DNA of 64,000 bases from Opitutia bacterium UBA3534 (GCA_002376875.1 DFOT01000012.1:181951-245950), one strand, 5' to 3'. Shown: positions 8,942 through 18,108, counted from the first letter of the stretch. Notes: generated by a model from the letters alone, not told the origin. Translations and numbers: made by a program.

Positions 8942-10400
8942 TTTCTAAATTTTTTGTAAGTTCTGATATTTCATGAATGGATTGTGGATTTTCTTTGGAT
9001 ACAGGACGCCAGTGACGTCGTCGGAATCGCATGATTACGAATGGAGTTAATATCACGAAGAGAATTGCACAAACCTGCAGAATTTCCAGTCTTACAAGAT
9101 TGCCCATAGAAAGTTTTGAGGTAGGGGGGAAGAAAGCGATGATGAAGCCAAAGAGGCTCGCCATAAACCCAAGGCTACTGAGGAGGATCATTCCAAAGTT
9201 ACCTCCTGGTACACGGAAGGGGCGGTGCACTTCAGGGCGCTTAAAGCGTAGAACAATAGCTGCTGAGAATAAAAGCATGTACATAGTTAAGTAAATACTA
9301 GCCATGATTGCAGTCAAGACCCAGAAGGAGCTGTTGACCGAAGGCATCAGCAAGAAAAAGAAAGAGAATACAGTAATGATGACCCCTTTACCTACAAGAA
9401 TAGGCACAGGAATACCGTGGGCATTAAGCTTCTGGAAAAGTGGCGGGAGGTTCCCGTTCTCTGCGGTAATCAAGAGCGCCTTAGCTGGGCTTAGGAGCCA
9501 CATTTGGATGGCCCCAATTGCACCGAAGACAAGGACGATCGCCATAATCGGGGTGAGCCAAGCCATATGGATGCTTTGGAAAATACTTGCGAAGGCCTGG
9601 ATAATGCCGGCATCAAGGGTGATTGATTCTTGAGGTACAATCATCGCAATCGACATTGAGCCTAGGAAAGAGACTAAGAGGATGAGGACTGAGGCTAAAA
9701 GGATTGCTTTAGGAAAGTCACGCTGTGGGTTTTCTACATCTTGTGCGTGTACTGCAGCCAGCTCCATCCCACAGAAAGCGATTAGGGTGCTGGCCAGGAA
9801 GGTAAGCTCGTGCGTAGCGGTAAGGTCTGGGATAATGGCATCGCTCCAGGAGACCTGGACCGGGTTACCGCTGAACAACCAGTAGCCACCTAGCCCGATG
9901 ATAAAGAGGCCAGGGATGATCGTCCCGAAGAGGGAACCAAAGCTTGTGATAGCCTCAGACACTTGGTAGCCCCGGGATGTGATGTAGATCGATAACCAAA
10001 AAAGAGAAAGGATGACCCCGAGGGTGTAGTAGCGGCTTTCGGCCCATTCTGGGTTGATGATATAAGAGAGGGTGCCGGCGACGAAGGCAAGGACTGCAGG
10101 AAACCACACAAAGCCTTTAGCGACTTGGAGCCACACGGATAGGAAACCAAATTCTTCCCCGAAGGCTTCTTTAACCCAAACGTAAACCCCACCCGCTTTT
10201 GGCCAAGCGGTTGCAAGCTCTGCAGAGACTAGGGCCGAAGGAAGAAAGAATGCAACGGTGGCTACGGTATAAAAGAAGAGCATCGACAAGCCGCACTCTG
10301 CCATAATCGGCAGGTTACGTAGGCTTGCAATGGCAGCAACGTTCATGAGTGCTAGTGTAATAACGCCTAGCTTAGGAGCCTGAGTTGAATTAGATTTCAT
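8931..10400 (-). CDS. APC-family GadC/XasA-like amino acid permease (copy B)
   Basis: VAAIASLRNLP, AELATAWPKAGGVYVWV and RPFRVPGG motifs. Confidence 0.9.
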   Translation of the reverse strand: MKSNSTQAPKLGVITLALMNVAAIASLRNLPIMAECGLSMLFFYTVATVAFFLPSALVSAELATAWPKAGGVYVWVKEAFGEEFGFLSVWLQVAKGFVWFPAVLAFVAGTLSYIINPEWAESRYYTLGVILSLFWLSIYITSRGYQVSEAITSFGSLFGTIIPGLFIIGLGGYWLFSGNPVQVSWSDAIIPDLTATHELTFLASTLIAFCGMELAAVHAQDVENPQRDFPKAILLASVLILLVSFLGSMSIAMIVPQESITLDAGIIQAFASIFQSIHMAWLTPIMAIVLVFGAIGAIQMWLLSPAKALLITAENGNLPPLFQKLNAHGIPVPILVGKGVIITVFSFFFLLMPSVNSSFWVLTAIMASIYLTMYMLLFSAAIVLRFKRPEVHRPFRVPGGNFGMILLSSLGFMASLFGFIIAFFPPTSKLSMGNLVRLEILQVCAILFVILTPFVIMRFRRRHWRPVSKENPQSIHEISELTKNLENVL

Positions 10401-10448
10401 GGGAAAAGGGAAATAATTAAGAAGAATTGTGACTCAAAAGACAAGTTT

Positions 10449-11891
10449 TTATGGGAGTGTTACCAGTTCTGGGGTAGAGGCAGGCTCCTGGGGTTTAGAT
10501 TGCCAAGAAGGCTTGCGTAAGGAGCTGATGATGAAGGGGATAATTAATACACCCAAGACCGCTGAAAATTGAATAAGCTCTGGAGTTAGGAGGGAGCCCA
10601 TCGGAACTTTACTGGAGGGGAAAAAGGCCAGAATAATCCCGAAGAGGCTTGAGAGTAGCCCGAGGCCCCCGATGAGGCAAATCCCGAAGGTTCCGCCGGA
10701 AATCTTAAAGGGGCGCTTAAGATTGGGCTGAGTAAAACGCAGGCGGATAGCGGTAGCGAATAAGATCACATACATGATGAGGTAGATACTCGCACGGATG
10801 GCAGTGAGTAGCCAAAAGGAGCTATTGACTGAAGGCATTAATAGGAAGCAGCAGGCGAATAAAGAGATAATAATTCCTTGGGTAATCAAAATAGACACAG
10901 GGATGCCGTGTTTGTTTACCTTTTGGAAGACAGGCGGTAGCGTGCCGTTTTGAGCAGTTACTAGGAGCGTCTTGGCTGGGCTTAAAAGCCAGACTTGTAC
11001 TGCAGCTAGGGCCCCAAATACCAAGGCAGCTGCGATGATGGGGGTAAGCCAAGGCATGCGGATAGCGCTGAAGATACCCGAGAAGGCTTGAACAACCCCG
11101 GCATCCAGGCTGATGGCCTCTTGCGGAACGATGACCGCGATTGAGAGTGAGCCTAGAACAAAGACCCCAAAAATAATAAAGGAGGCCAAAAGCGCTGACT
11201 TGGGGTAATCCTCTTGAGGGTTCTTGAGGTCTTGAACGTGCACGGTGGCAAGCTCCATCCCGGTTAGAGAAACAAGCGTTGTGGCTAGGAAGGTAAGTTC
11301 GTGGAAATCGCCCAGATTAGGTACGATGGCATCTTTTGAAAAATCAATATGAGAGGGGTTGCCACTGAAGAACCAGTAAATACCGAGTGTGATAATAAAG
11401 ATAGCAGGGACAACAACCCCGAGTAGAGAGCCTAAGTGGGTGATGCGTTGGGAGGTTTTATGACCAGTGCAGGTAATATATACAGAAAGCCAGAATACGA
11501 TTAGAATGACACTGAGGGTGTAGTAAGGGTCCTCAGATAATGTGGGGTTAAACATATAGGCGAGCGTCCCTGCGATGAAGGCTAGGACAGTGGGGAACCA
11601 CACAAAACCTTTAGCGACTTGGAGCCACACGGCCAGGAAGGCGATGCGCTCCCCAAAGGCTTCTTTAACCCAAGTGTAGATCCCGCCGGATTGAGGATAG
11701 GCGGTAGCTAGCTCTGCAGAGACGAGGGCTGAGGGGATGAAGAAGATCAGCATCGCCAGGCCATAGAAAAAGAGCATACTGAGACCCGCTTCGGCCATTA
11801 AGGGAAGATTCCGTAGGCTAGCGATTGCAGCTACGCTCATCAGGGAAAGCGCTGAGATGCTTAGGTAATGAGAAGGCTTTTTTGTGTTCAT
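10449..11891 (-). CDS. APC-family GadC/XasA-like amino acid permease (copy A)
   Basis: VAAIASLRNLP, AELATAYPQSGGIYTWV and RPFKISGG motifs. Confidence 0.9.
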   Translation of the reverse strand: MNTKKPSHYLSISALSLMSVAAIASLRNLPLMAEAGLSMLFFYGLAMLIFFIPSALVSAELATAYPQSGGIYTWVKEAFGERIAFLAVWLQVAKGFVWFPTVLAFIAGTLAYMFNPTLSEDPYYTLSVILIVFWLSVYITCTGHKTSQRITHLGSLLGVVVPAIFIITLGIYWFFSGNPSHIDFSKDAIVPNLGDFHELTFLATTLVSLTGMELATVHVQDLKNPQEDYPKSALLASFIIFGVFVLGSLSIAVIVPQEAISLDAGVVQAFSGIFSAIRMPWLTPIIAAALVFGALAAVQVWLLSPAKTLLVTAQNGTLPPVFQKVNKHGIPVSILITQGIIISLFACCFLLMPSVNSSFWLLTAIRASIYLIMYVILFATAIRLRFTQPNLKRPFKISGGTFGICLIGGLGLLSSLFGIILAFFPSSKVPMGSLLTPELIQFSAVLGVLIIPFIISSLRKPSWQSKPQEPASTPELVTLP

Positions 11892-11981
11892 TGGAAAGTT
11901 GTATAATTGAGATGGTAATATGTTTTTAATTATGGAGGGTTACAAGGGTAAATCCTTGTTCCGGGCGAGGAAAGTGCCCCC

Positions 11982-12009
11982 ATTATACCATAGAATGTAA
12001 AAATGCCAA
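11982..12009 (-). promoter_or_regulatory. Putative sigma70 promoter (extended -10) for the permease-ispG-rph run
   Basis: Minus strand reads TTGGCA, 16 nt spacer ending in TGG, then TATAAT, about 90 bp upstream of ATG 11891. Confidence 0.6.
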
Positions 12010-12011
12010 AT

Positions 12012-12065
12012 GCTCGGTTGGGATATTTGGCTCAGTTGGGAAATTTGGTTTATTTGGGAAAAATC
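12012..12065. repeat. Three imperfect 18-bp tandem repeats
   Basis: GCTCGGTTGGGATATTTG, GCTCAGTTGGGAAATTTG (16/18 identical to unit 1), GTTTATTTGGGAAAAATC (12/18 to unit 2). Confidence 0.7.
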
Positions 12066-12222
12066 TAAAAAGCGTTAGGAATCGCGTAGAGGTGGAGTTG
12101 ATAAGGGATGTGGGGTTTTTGAGATTTGACTATTGTTTTTGGCTTTTTGTAAGCATGTGTACTAATAAGCCGGCTTCTTACTTGCGATTAGGGGTGGATT
12201 CTATAGCCTTTGAGGCCTAGTT

Positions 12223-13233
12223 ATGGAAATCGGTAGTATTCTTAATGGAAGTTGGGCTGAGGAAATGGAGGCCTATGATGCTGCTTTGGCTGCTCAAAAT
12301 AAAAAGAAGCAAGAGCCTCAGGCAGGCTTACGAGAGCGTAAGACAACGATCAAAAAGATTGGAGAAGTTCCTGCTTTGCAGCGGACGAGTTCAGGACGTT
12401 TATTGCAGAGTAGCCCCCGTAGGCAGCCTGCTTATATTGCTGGGCGATTGAAAAGTTTTTGGGATAAAGGTGACTTCCAGAAAGTGGTGATGCATATAGA
12501 GCAGGCTTTGGATGCAGGGAAGACTGTGTCTGTAAAACTTTTTTTGTCACGCTTAGAGAAAGCTATTAATAACCATACTGAGCATGGCTATACGCTTTTG
12601 CACGTGGCCGTGAAAGGAGGCTATAAGAAAACCGTAGCGCTTTTGCTCGAGACTGAAGGAGTGGATCTTGAGGCCCGCGATGATTGGCAGCGCACCCCTC
12701 TGTATTTGCTTGTAGAGGTAGCCCGGGCACACCCTCAAGAGCATGTGGAGGAAGTTAGGGTCTTGTTAAAGGCTGGTGCGAATATCTATACGAGAACCAA
12801 AGATGACAGTACTGTGCTACACTGCGCTGCGCGGGGGGGTAACCTGGAGATGATGGCGCTTTTAGTTAAAGAAGGTGCGCAAGTTAAAGGCGTAGGTGGG
12901 CTTGAGCATTATAAACAAGGCTGGATGAACCCGAATGCTATGGCAGATAGTAAGCAGGTCAATGCCCAGAATGAAGAGGGGTGGACGCCCTTGCATGTGG
13001 CTGCTTATAACGGGAAGCTTGAAATTGTTAAGTACCTGTTAAATAACAAAGCAGACACACGCATTAAAGATAAGAAAGGTTTTAGGGCTTTCCATCGTGT
13101 GCCAGCTAAAGGTCATGAGGAACTCGCTATAAGGCTAGCCATGTGCGAGGCTAGTGGCACAGAAGCGCGTGAATGGCTAAAGCTTTCTGAGAAGGCTTAT
13201 GGAAAGCTTATTAAAAAATATACTGACTTTTAG
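12223..13233 (+). CDS. Ankyrin-repeat protein with low-complexity N-terminal extension (candidate effector)
   Basis: Repeats GYTLLHVAVKGG, RTPLYLL, STVLHCAARGG and GWTPLHVAAYNG; ~120 aa non-ankyrin N-terminus with no Sec signal. Confidence 0.9.
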   Translation: MEIGSILNGSWAEEMEAYDAALAAQNKKKQEPQAGLRERKTTIKKIGEVPALQRTSSGRLLQSSPRRQPAYIAGRLKSFWDKGDFQKVVMHIEQALDAGKTVSVKLFLSRLEKAINNHTEHGYTLLHVAVKGGYKKTVALLLETEGVDLEARDDWQRTPLYLLVEVARAHPQEHVEEVRVLLKAGANIYTRTKDDSTVLHCAARGGNLEMMALLVKEGAQVKGVGGLEHYKQGWMNPNAMADSKQVNAQNEEGWTPLHVAAYNGKLEIVKYLLNNKADTRIKDKKGFRAFHRVPAKGHEELAIRLAMCEASGTEAREWLKLSEKAYGKLIKKYTDF

Positions 13234-13247
13234 TAGCTCTATGTGCC

Positions 13248-13481
13248 TCAGGCGTTGCTAGTAGAAGCAGCCTCTTCAGTACCAGGCCTAATAAAGAAGC
13301 TTAAGGCCAATAGCGCCAGGCTTAGGAGTAGGGAAATCCACTCCACTAGCGGGGCCGGTAGCATTTGGTCCAGGCCAGGGACTAGAGAGAACAAGTTCAG
13401 CACAATAAGGAGCACAGAAATAGCTACTAAGCTTTGCTTGGCGGTCTCTAGGGACATAGCGGCTTGGGGTACATCTTTCAT
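13248..13481 (-). CDS. Small two-helix membrane protein, hypothetical
   Basis: 77 aa with two hydrophobic segments; fills the gap downstream of the cytochrome c gene on the same strand. Confidence 0.55.
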   Translation of the reverse strand: MKDVPQAAMSLETAKQSLVAISVLLIVLNLFSLVPGLDQMLPAPLVEWISLLLSLALLALSFFIRPGTEEAASTSNA

Positions 13482-13543
13482 AACAGTAGTTTATAGGTAG
13501 TTTGTGAAGGATGGCAACCCTCTAAAATCTTTTAGATTGAGTC

Positions 13544-14224
13544 TTAAAAGGGGTGCTCTTTTAAGAGCTCTGCAGGGCTCCAAGGCTTGCTGCGGCTGCC
13601 GATGGCTTCTCTAGCCTTCGTTACGGTCTCTTCCTCCACGATAGGAGCCTTGTTGCCCCAGGCTTGGCGGATGTAGCTCATAATAGCGGCTAGCTTTTGG
13701 TCAGAGAAGCGTTTGAAAGGAGGCATGGTATTGTTATACTGTTTTCCCTTAACTGTAATGGGGCCGCTCATTCCTAAGAGGAGCGCTTTGGCGATACGGG
13801 TGTCGTCTCCGGTAACCCACTCGGAATCTACGAGTGGAGGGTAAGCCCCGGGAACACCTAGGCCTGTAGGTTGGTGGCAGACTTGGCAATTTTTAGCAAA
13901 GAGCTTGCGGCCTTCTTCAACAGGGTCCCAGGGTTTTTCTTCTTTGACGGCACCTCCGCCAGGTTGCCAGTTCGGGTCAAACACATCCCCACGGAAATTC
14001 CCAGAGTAACGGGTGAGGTAGCCCCCAGCCCAAAACATCATCCCTGCGAAAAGGAAGATAAGGAACATAGGTACGGGGGATTCTTTCTCGGTCGGCTCGT
14101 GCTTTTCGCGCATGAGCTGTGCGTGTACGTTCTGGAGAGCAGAATCCTCTAGGGCTCCGAATTCGCATTTCTCGGAGTTACGTGTTTTCTTGGACGAAGA
14201 TTTCTTGGGTTTATCCTCACTCAT
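13544..14224 (-). CDS. Membrane-anchored monoheme cytochrome c (in CcoP position)
   Basis: One TM, a single CQVCH, YPPL and a distal Met (NTMPPF). Confidence 0.88.
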   Translation of the reverse strand: MSEDKPKKSSSKKTRNSEKCEFGALEDSALQNVHAQLMREKHEPTEKESPVPMFLIFLFAGMMFWAGGYLTRYSGNFRGDVFDPNWQPGGGAVKEEKPWDPVEEGRKLFAKNCQVCHQPTGLGVPGAYPPLVDSEWVTGDDTRIAKALLLGMSGPITVKGKQYNNTMPPFKRFSDQKLAAIMSYIRQAWGNKAPIVEEETVTKAREAIGSRSKPWSPAELLKEHPF

Positions 14225-14226
14225 GG

Positions 14227-14856
14227 CTATTCAGCAAATTTAGATTCGGGCAACTCGTAGTCGAGCTTTAGGCTTAGGAGGTACTCTACGAGTACATGAG
14301 CACGCTCGGTAGGGACCACTTCGTAGCCTTCTTCGGGGGCATTCTCGTAGTCTGGGGGAAATGTGAGGGCATTGGGGGAGAGTTCATCACCCTGGATCTT
14401 TTGCTTCTTATAGAGGAATGCAAAAGGAGACATGATTGAACCAGGGGAAGTGATCTTGGGATCGTAAAGGTGGAGGTGGTGCCAGTCTCGGGTGGGGATG
14501 CGGTCACCGACGTTCATGAGATCTGGCCCGGTACGCATGGTTCCTAGCAAAACACGCTTCTGTAGGATATAGTCACGCGGTACACTTTGGCGATCCCCCC
14601 AGCCGCGCTCGAAGTCTGCTCCGAAGCCTTTGCGGCGTACTTGTTGGGAGTGGCAGTAGATACAGCCTAAGTCAACATAGACTTCCTTGCCTTGCATAGC
14701 CTCTCCTGATGGGGTACGTGGGTAGGCTGGTTCTCCCTCTTCGAGTACGATAGGCTCTAGGCGACCGTATTGGATGTTACTCATCATAACGATCCCCGTG
14801 AAAGAGAATAAAATGGTGGCCAAGGCGCCAAAGAAAATGGTGAGCAGGTCTTTCAT
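14227..14856 (-). CDS. ccoO: cbb3-type cytochrome c oxidase subunit II
   Basis: [17 protein letters not shown] and PGSIM motifs. Confidence 0.93.
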   Translation of the reverse strand: MKDLLTIFFGALATILFSFTGIVMMSNIQYGRLEPIVLEEGEPAYPRTPSGEAMQGKEVYVDLGCIYCHSQQVRRKGFGADFERGWGDRQSVPRDYILQKRVLLGTMRTGPDLMNVGDRIPTRDWHHLHLYDPKITSPGSIMSPFAFLYKKQKIQGDELSPNALTFPPDYENAPEEGYEVVPTERAHVLVEYLLSLKLDYELPESKFAE

Positions 14857-14862
14857 TATTAC

Positions 14863-16317
14863 TTAAATATTCTGTGTTTCGACTTCACTGAATAAGGTGG
14901 GGCCGTGTTCGTCCTTGGGTTGCTTCTTGAAGAGCATCCAGAAGAAATTAATGAAGAAAGCCGTGTGGCCTATGAATAAGAGTATCCCTGAGGCAGAACG
15001 TGCATGAAGGTAAGGGAGGGTATTCTTCATGAGTTCTAGGAAGAGGACCTCTGGGTTATTCATTTGCATGCCTTGAATCCAGCCGCCGATGTGTAGGGCT
15101 ACTACCATGAGGGTAATCCCTAGAGCACAACCCCAGAAGTGGATGTGGATGAGTGCTGCTGAAGGCCATTCGCGTTGGAGTAAGCGGGGCATAATGAAGT
15201 AGATGCTCCCGAAGCAAACCATCGTGAAGAAGGCATAAACACCGTGGTGAGCGTGGCCTACAGTGAGGTGAGTAAAGTGAGTTACTTGGTTGACTTCGCG
15301 CAGAGCCATTGCCGAGCCGATAAGACTAGCCAGGGTATAAGACATCGCCCCGAATACAATAAAGCGCAGTGTAGGGCTTGCCCAGACATGCCCGAAGCTG
15401 CCTACGACGGTCATATGGTGGTTGATGGCTGTAACGACAACAGGGATGACCATCATGACACTGGCGACGATCCCTGCAGAGATAAGCCAGATAGGAATCG
15501 GGCCACCGACTAAGTGGTGTACCCCAGCCCAATTATAGAAAAGAGCGAGCGACCAGAAGCCTAAGACAGATAGGTAATAGCTATGGATAGGGCGGCCAAG
15601 TACTTTAGGGATGAAATAGTAAGTCGCGGCTAAGGCTAAAGGAGAATACCACAAACCTAGAACATTATGGCCAAACCACCAGTTAGTGATAGATTGAACC
15701 GTTCCGCGCGCAGGAGCCCACATGATCATTGTTTGGGCAGTCGTGTATAGCCATGGGAACCAAAATAGCGCGGCTAAAATATACCACTGAGAGACGTAGA
15801 CGTGATGAGAACGACGGTGGATGAAGGCGAGAATCCCCCAGATGCTGATGAGCGCGTAGGAGAATGCAAGCAGAGGGGCTACGTAACGAGGCATCTCGAG
15901 CCATTCTACAGACGTAAGTCCACCGTTTAGGATACCAGTGACACCGATGACCAGGCCAATATTCCAAAAGAGCCCTGCGATAAGCAAAAGCCCCCCGTGT
16001 TGGAGCTTTTGCTGAGAAAGGCGGGCCATAAGCCACAGTAGGATGCCGAAAATAGCGTTATTTGCCCAACCAAAGGCAACTGAGTTGAGGTGAGCTGATC
16101 GGGCGCGGCCAAAGGTCAGCATTTCGACATTCCCCAAGAAGCTAGGGTGATGCAATTTGACAGAGGCAATCAGTGCGAAAAGAGTCCCCACCATGAGCCA
16201 GACAAGCGAGCAAGTAAAGAAGAGCAATGCTGCCTGACGTGTAGACTGGTCAATTTCAAAAAGAGTAACCTTTTCTTGTTTTTGGGTTTCAGGTTCGAGG
16301 GTCGTGGCGGTACTCAT
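14863..16317 (-). CDS. ccoN: cbb3-type (C-family) heme-copper oxidase subunit I
   Basis: AHLN, WWFGHN, FYNWAGVHHL and GHAH: all six His ligands plus the helix VII Tyr. Confidence 0.92.
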   Translation of the reverse strand: MSTATTLEPETQKQEKVTLFEIDQSTRQAALLFFTCSLVWLMVGTLFALIASVKLHHPSFLGNVEMLTFGRARSAHLNSVAFGWANNAIFGILLWLMARLSQQKLQHGGLLLIAGLFWNIGLVIGVTGILNGGLTSVEWLEMPRYVAPLLAFSYALISIWGILAFIHRRSHHVYVSQWYILAALFWFPWLYTTAQTMIMWAPARGTVQSITNWWFGHNVLGLWYSPLALAATYYFIPKVLGRPIHSYYLSVLGFWSLALFYNWAGVHHLVGGPIPIWLISAGIVASVMMVIPVVVTAINHHMTVVGSFGHVWASPTLRFIVFGAMSYTLASLIGSAMALREVNQVTHFTHLTVGHAHHGVYAFFTMVCFGSIYFIMPRLLQREWPSAALIHIHFWGCALGITLMVVALHIGGWIQGMQMNNPEVLFLELMKNTLPYLHARSASGILLFIGHTAFFINFFWMLFKKQPKDEHGPTLFSEVETQNI

Positions 16318-16532
16318 ACGCTTAAAGTTTCCTCAATGGGTGAGGGTTTCTTGGAGGGAAAAAAGTCAGTTTGTTGGCCTTCGGGCTCATCTTCAGTGAA
16401 AATGCTGCGTGAGACAGTCTCAAAGTTAGTGAGGTGTCCTTTTCTTGCAGCCCAACAAAGGGTTGCAATAGCTGAAATAAAAAAGGCGCCCCCTAGGCCA
16501 AAAATAATAAAGACATATGCATGCCACTCCAT
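16314..16532 (-). CDS. ccoS: cbb3 oxidase assembly protein CcoS-like
   Basis: Single TM followed by WAARKGHL..F...SRSIF..DEP; overlaps the ccoN start. Confidence 0.75.
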   Translation of the reverse strand: MEWHAYVFIIFGLGGAFFISAIATLCWAARKGHLTNFETVSRSIFTEDEPEGQQTDFFPSKKPSPIEETLSV

Positions 16533-16547
16533 AGTAGTATCTTATTT

Positions 16548-16844
16548 TTATTGTTTAGATTGAAGTTCGTTGACGGTAAGTTCCATGGCGCGCTCCACTG
16601 GGATATGTACAATGCCAGCCTCGGCGTCGACCCAGCCATAAGTCGTGGTGACTTCTTGTTCGTGGGCGTGTAACTTTGAAAGGCGCTCTAGGCGTGCCTT
16701 AACGATGGCTTGGTCTACTGCAGGAGGCCTATTAGGGATATAGACCACGACCATGATGATAAAAAACAATAAGATACAGACCAATGTGCCTAAGAAGGTT
16801 ATGGAAAGTACCGAGGGGCCTGGAGATTGAGTCGAACTAGCCAT
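16548..16844 (-). CDS. actG: Alternative complex III small subunit, ActG-like
   Basis: One TM, then YGWVD...VHIPVERAM; follows actF. Confidence 0.7.
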   Translation of the reverse strand: MASSTQSPGPSVLSITFLGTLVCILLFFIIMVVVYIPNRPPAVDQAIVKARLERLSKLHAHEQEVTTTYGWVDAEAGIVHIPVERAMELTVNELQSKQ

Positions 16845-18108
16845 GATGGTGGATAGATGTTTGGATGAAAGGATCGCGGATTGGGATGGGCTCTTGTTTT
16901 ACCATGCTGCGTAAGAAGGCCCAGATACAGATACCCCCGACACCGATTAAAGCAGCAGCATCAAACGGAGTGACAGTGAAAGGGGTTATCGTATAACCCA
17001 AAGCATTGTCAGCAACCATTTTGTTGGGGAGGATGTTAAAATAAAGGTCAAGTAAGTGGAAAGAAAGGATCCAGCAGGTGATGATGACCATGCGGTAAAC
17101 TTTGACTTTGCTCTTGTAGAAAAGGAGATAGAGGAAAGGGAATAGGAAATGCCCAAAAACAAGGCCGTAAGCGCTGAGGTACCACCAAGAGCTTTTTGCT
17201 CCATCGATAGTGAGCTCACGTAGGTTGTACCAGAAGGTTTCTTCAGGGATGTTGGCGTTATAAATAAGGAAGTACTGGGAGAAAGAAATGTAGGCCCAAA
17301 AGACAGTAAAGGCTAGGCAAAGGCAGCCTAGTTCGTACTGATGGCCGCGGTTGAATAGGCCTTTGAGCTGACCGCTGCAGGCGAGAACCCAGCACAATAA
17401 GAATGTGGCAGCAATCCCTGCGCGCATAGAAGCGGCGAAGAACCAGACTCCGTACATGGTAGAGAACCAGTGGTAGGAGATACTCATGAAGAAGTCAAAG
17501 GCTGCAAAGGTTGCAGACATTGCTACGATGATGATCCCCGCAGCAGAGACTTTGCGGGCTAAGAGGACCCAGCGTGCGTCTCCGTCTTTATCTAGAGTGA
17601 ATGAGCACTTACGCAGGAGGTATGCGATCAGGCTCATTGCAGTAAAGTAGAAGATAACACGTGCCGTAAAGAAAGGGAGATTAAGGTAAGGAGCCTTAGT
17701 TTGGTAGATGGTGTCAGCCCCTACGGTACCTCCGCCAGGGAGTGGGTGCTCTGGGTTGATCCATTCCCAGAGGATGCCGGGGTTTTCTTTGTAGAACCAA
17801 GCGACTAAGAGGAGTGGTAGGAATATAAGCCCTAGGAAGGGTATAGCAGCTAAAGCATGCTCGAGTTGGCGGCGTATGATAATAGACCAGCCTGCGCCGA
17901 ATACATACCAAAGCATAATTAGGAAAAACATACCAATGCTGATCGAAAACCAGAAGCTGAAGCCAATCAGCCAACTGACTAGCGGGCGAGAGTCATGATG
18001 AAGGAGGCCTTGATAGACCCCGTAGCCTGCGATGCCGAGGCCCAACAGCCCTACGATAAGGGCGAGTGTAGTGAACTTTTTAATGGAATCAGAGGCGGGT
18101 TGGCTCAT
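16837..18108 (-). CDS. actF: Alternative complex III membrane subunit ActF
   Basis: Polytopic; HWFSTMYG, FWAYISFSQY and ANIPEE motifs. Confidence 0.9.
   Translation of the reverse strand: MSQPASDSIKKFTTLALIVGLLGLGIAGYGVYQGLLHHDSRPLVSWLIGFSFWFSISIGMFFLIMLWYVFGAGWSIIIRRQLEHALAAIPFLGLIFLPLLLVAWFYKENPGILWEWINPEHPLPGGGTVGADTIYQTKAPYLNLPFFTARVIFYFTAMSLIAYLLRKCSFTLDKDGDARWVLLARKVSAAGIIIVAMSATFAAFDFFMSISYHWFSTMYGVWFFAASMRAGIAATFLLCWVLACSGQLKGLFNRGHQYELGCLCLAFTVFWAYISFSQYFLIYNANIPEETFWYNLRELTIDGAKSSWWYLSAYGLVFGHFLFPFLYLLFYKSKVKVYRMVIITCWILSFHLLDLYFNILPNKMVADNALGYTITPFTVTPFDAAALIGVGGICIWAFLRSMVKQEPIPIRDPFIQTSIHHHG

Noticed and set aside
11942-11979. Two small hairpins upstream of the permeases as a possible riboswitch
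   Set aside because: Stems are only 6 and 4 bp, one straddles the predicted start site, and no known aptamer consensus or terminator is present.
12012-12065. CRISPR array
   Set aside because: Units are directly tandem with no spacers, are too short, and no cas genes are present.
13243-13500. 85-aa plus-strand ORF
   Set aside because: Antisense shadow of the more protein-like two-TM ORF on the minus strand.
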